From: Malacoraja senta
Taxonomy: Eukaryota
Reading direction: 5' to 3'
DNA length: 64,000 nucleotides
Assembly (NCBI GenBank): GCA_038087875.1
Contig: CM075988.1
Location: 4,092,001-4,156,000 of the forward strand
The notes beneath the pieces were generated by a model. The model searched no databases. It was not told the DNA's origin and saw only the letters and a list, made by a program, of their open reading frames with translations. Shown piece after piece: positions 60,037-64,000 of this stretch. The position numbers and the translations under genes are program-made. Within the stretch, counting starts at the first letter, position 1; the number at the start of each line of letters is the position of its first letter.

Positions 60037-61794
60037 TAGGTGGAGGGGGAGGGGGAGTGGGAGGGGGAGGTGAGAAATACTTCCAGAGGAGGGGGGTGGG
60101 GAGCACTGGATTGTGTTAAACTCACTTCTGTCTTCCCTGGTAACAGATGCAAAGTGAAAGGATGTGTAAATGCCGAATTTAGAATGGCACAGTGATGATT
60201 GTGTGGTTTTAATGAAGTATTTGAATTTTCATAACTTCATGTGATAGGAGCAGAATGAGGCCATTCGGCCCATCAAGTCTACCCCACCATTCAATCATGG
60301 CTCATCTATCTTTCCCTCTCAACCCCATTCTCCTGCCTTCTCCTCATAACCCCTGACACCCTTACTAATCAAGAAATTGTCAATCTCCGCCTTAAACATG
60401 TTCATTGACTTGACCTCCACAGCCTTCTGTGACTTTTTGTATCAGTTGGGATAAGCAAGCTGACTATGTTTCTGGAAATTCTGGAATATCAGCCAAATGA
60501 TGTCCATGAACTAACAAAGGAGCAGTCCGTGATGGTCTGGGTGTTGAGTAATGAGCAGATTTCACTAACAACCAAATGATGCATGAACATTTATCTGATA
60601 GCAATCGTAATTAAATTCAACGGTGCCTTTGAAATGAAAATCATTAAACATTGTCTAAGATTCTAAACCTGGCAAGGGCAGAATTACAGAAAATAGGACA
60701 GGGACTACCCCAGTAAAATGGGCACATATGGCAACAGATGAAGCCTCAGTACGAAGAGTGGATGACACACAAACACAGCCGTCCGCTCTAGCTCGGTGCA
60801 TGTGACAATAATGAGCACATAACATCCATAACAAAAACTAAAATACTGAGAGGTATTCAATAAAGAATTTGCTGTGCTGCTAGTCACCCTAGACGTCAGA
60901 GGGAAAAGTATTAGTTATGGAAGAAAAAAGTAAGTAAGTACGTAAGTTTATTGAAGTATTCACATACCAGGAATTTGCCTTGGTGCTCCGCCCACAAGTA
61001 ACAGCATGAGATACAGTGAGAGTTAAAGATAGGAACAATACAAAGCAAATACTAGGGCTGCACGGTGGCACAGCAGTAGAGTTGCCGCCTCACGGCACCA
61101 GAGACGTAGGTTCAACCCTGAATACAGTTGCTGTCTGTACGGAGTTTGTATTAGTTTTGGGTCGAGGACGAAGCGTCTGAAGAAGGGCTCGACCCGAAAC
61201 ATCACCGATTCCTTCTACCCAGAGATGCTGCCTGTCCCGCTGAGTTACTCCAGCATGTTGTGTCAATCTTCGGAGTAAACCAGCATCTGTAGTTCCTTCC
61301 TACACGCAGCAGCACTACCTGCCGCCACATCATTGTACCTGATAGAGATAGACAATGGAGACAATGAAGAGCTACAGATGCTGGAATCTGCAGCAAAACC
61401 CAATGTGTTGAAGGAAATCAAGGGGTCAGACAGTATCTGTGGAGGGAATTAACAGGCAACATTTCAGGTCAGGAACCTTCCACAGATTGAAAAAGGGTTT
61501 CGAACTGAAACATTGCCGTCTAATCCCTCTCTAGATGCTGCCTGACCTACTGCGTTCCCTCACAACTTTTGTGTTTTGCTTCGGATTCCAGCATTGGCAG
61601 CTCCTTGTGTCTTCATGGTGGTGTATTTTTTAATTGGTGGTATTCTCTCCAGGCATTGCCTTTATGAACTTTTGGAAGGCAGCTGACTAGCTCCTTCATG
61701 AGAGACCATTAAAAAATGTTAACGTTTGTGGAACTTTGGCAATGTCTTGGTTGGGCTAAGAAATGGTCTGAATGGCACGTCTTTAGACTTTACA

Positions 61795-62642
61795 CTTTAG
61801 GGATACAGCGTAGAATCAGGCCCTTCAGCCCACCAAGTCCAGGCCGACCAGCGATCACCCGTACACTAGCACTATCCTCACGAAAGATTCTGAGGTTCAG
61901 CAGGGAAGACAAACGCACCAACATCAGCGTTTTGGAGGAAGCCAACATGACCAGCACCACCACCACAATAATGCAGCACTAAGTCCGATGGACTGGCCAT
62001 GTCATCCGCATGTCTCCCTAAACAAATCCTGTACTCTCAATTGAAGGAAGGTCGGCGAGCCCCCGGCGGGCCAAAGAAATACTTCAAGGACAACGTCAAG
62101 AACAGTCTGAAGAAATTCCACATCCCATCGAGCAACTGGGAGCACATCGCACTGGACAGGCGCTCCTGGAGGAAATCAGTGCAGGAAGGAGCTGCACGTC
62201 ACGAAATGGAACCACACCGTGTCGCAGAGACGAAGCGACAGCACCGTAAGGAGAGAGAGAAGGGGGCTCGACAACTACCAACCACCGCCAGTCTCCACTG
62301 CCCACGTTGCACCAAGGTGTGCGGATTGCGGATCGGCCTCTACAGACTTCTGCAGACCCACAAGTAGACGACTCTATGGAGAGGAGACGACAGTCATACT
62401 CGTTTGGAGTGACCACCGATGAGCACTGTCCAACACACAAGGGAAGATTTAATTTTTTTTTCCCAAAGCCAATTAACTTACAAACCAGTATGTCTTTGGA
62501 GTGTGGGAGGAAACCGGAGCGCCCGGAGAAAACCCACGCAGGTCACGGGAAGACTGTACAAGCTCCATCCATAGTCAGGATCGAACACGGGTCTCAGGTG
62601 CTGTCAGGCAGCAACTCTACTGCTGCACCATTGTACTGCCCC
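61795..62642 (-). mobile_element. HE1-like SINE split by an RTE insertion
   Basis: SINE 3' part ~61795-61878 and 5' part ~62422-62642; agcactatcc / agcactgtcc flank the insert. Confidence 0.78.
61879..62422 (+). mobile_element. RTE-clade (BovB-like) LINE 3' fragment
   Basis: RKILRFSREDKRTNISVLEEAN, RWTGHV, LPKQILYSQLKEGRRAPGGPKKYFKDNVK, WEHIALDRRSWRKSVQEG, terminal CPRC...HK decayed zinc-finger-like motif. Confidence 0.85.
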
Positions 62643-62964
62643 TGATATCAGAGGTAATGGACGTGTAGTAGATCGCAGCTGACCCTGAACTCATGTGGTC
62701 TGAACACATCATACCCCTCATTCCCCAGCCCCTCACCTACTAAAATGTTGCCTTAAATACAGGAAAGCTTTCTGGCGAAAACCACTCCACTCTCTAACAA
62801 GCAATTGAGAGTCTTTTGTATGATGCATTGTCTCTGCAATGGCTTCCACTAAAAATGCAACCACTAACTTTGTTGCTTTCCAACAGAATGAATCTTTTGG
62901 GCTGCATCAAATCACATTTGTGTGGGATGTGGTAAATGTACCTATCAAAGCAAAGGAGCATTAC

Positions 62965-63700
62965 AGATTCATCAGCTCCATTCTCCCCATATCTTTCATT
63001 CATCTGTTCTATATCTCTCTACATCACTGTCTATATCTCTCGATTCCCTTCCTCCTGACTCTCAGTCTGAAAAAGGGTCTCGACCCGAAACGTCACCTAT
63101 TCCTTTTCTCCAGCGATGCTGTGTGGACCGCTGATGTGGAAGGAAACCGGAGCACCCGAAGACAACATCGCAGGTCACAGGGAGAACATGCAAACTCCGC
63201 ACAGATGACACCAACAATTGACCATTGTGGGCTCCACCTTTCCTTGATCATCGTTCCTGGCTTTGATTTGTCTTTTTGCAAACCTCTCATTCATTTGTCA
63301 AGTCAAGTCAAGTTTATTCGTCACATACACATACGAGATGTGCAGTGAAATGAAAAGTGGCAATGCTCGCGGTCTTTGTGCAAAAACCAAACGAACAAGC
63401 AACAAACTACAAACAGAATGGAACAGAATCACATATTCTTTTACATATTACATATTGTGGGAGGAAGGAAAAAGGAAAAAGGAAAAAAACAGCAATTAAA
63501 AAAAAAAAGTTTTCCTCTTCCCTGACTCAGTCTGAAGAAGGGTCTCGACCCAAAACGTTACCTATTCCGTTTCTCCAGAGATGCTGCCTGACCTGCTGAG
63601 TTACTCCAGCATTTTGTGTCTATCTATGTAAACCAGCATCTGCAGTTCCTTGGAGAGAAGGAATGGGTGACGTTTCGGGTCAAGACCCTCTTTAGACTGG
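62965..63700. mobile_element. Penelope pLTR copies interleaved with SINE and Rex tail fragments
   Basis: Hammerhead-like motifs at ~63067-63094 (plus), ~63532-63559 (plus) and ~63669-63696 (minus). Confidence 0.7.
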
Positions 63701-64000
63701 ACCCAGACTCCTACAAATCCACAAGAAAGGCAAGTGTAAAGGTGAGTAGATCTGGACGAGGGTATTGAGACCGTGGGCCAAAGCAAAGTGGCAGTACATG
63801 GTGCAAATGAATCACCAGGGGGAATCATTGAGCACCAGAGGGCATTTTGCCCCACTGTCCAGTAAATGATAACCTCTTAAATAGTGACAATAAAGCAAAA
63901 AGTAACTTAAAAAGTCATCACCCAGATAAAGCAAAATCACAGGAGTTTGCTGCATGTCCCGCTGAGTTACTCCAGCTTTTGTGCCTATCTTCAGTATAAA

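Overview
Eukaryotic, repeat-saturated, apparently non-genic (intronic or intergenic) DNA. The repeat set (HE1/V-SINE-like tRNA SINEs, abundant CR1, Rex1/Babar, Tx1, L1 and Penelope elements) points to a cartilaginous fish, probably a skate or ray; this is an inference. I cannot support any host protein-coding gene. Nearly all listed ORFs are retroelement fragments or low-complexity artefacts. The main structures are: (1) a complete but decayed DIRS1-type tyrosine-recombinase retrotransposon (5777-10154, minus) with ITRs, an internal complementary region, and gag, RT, RNase H, adenine-methyltransferase and YR remnants; (2) a full-length decayed IR/DR Tc1 (DD34E) transposon (58415-60036); (3) about 30 intact or decayed copies of a Penelope-derived terminal repeat carrying a minimal hammerhead-ribozyme motif (CTGAAGA-A-GGGT[CTCG/TTCG]RCCC-GAAA-CG-TH). 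These copies are often inserted as very short units with 10-16 bp target duplications or as fold-back pairs, and in places sit directly downstream of a GIY-YIG endonuclease remnant. There are also Harbinger-like and hAT MITEs, a non-coding ~700 bp retroposon-like family, micro- and minisatellites, a 200-N gap, and a few repeat-free islands that may be conserved non-coding elements. Repeat boundaries were read by eye and are approximate unless anchored on a TSD or TIR.
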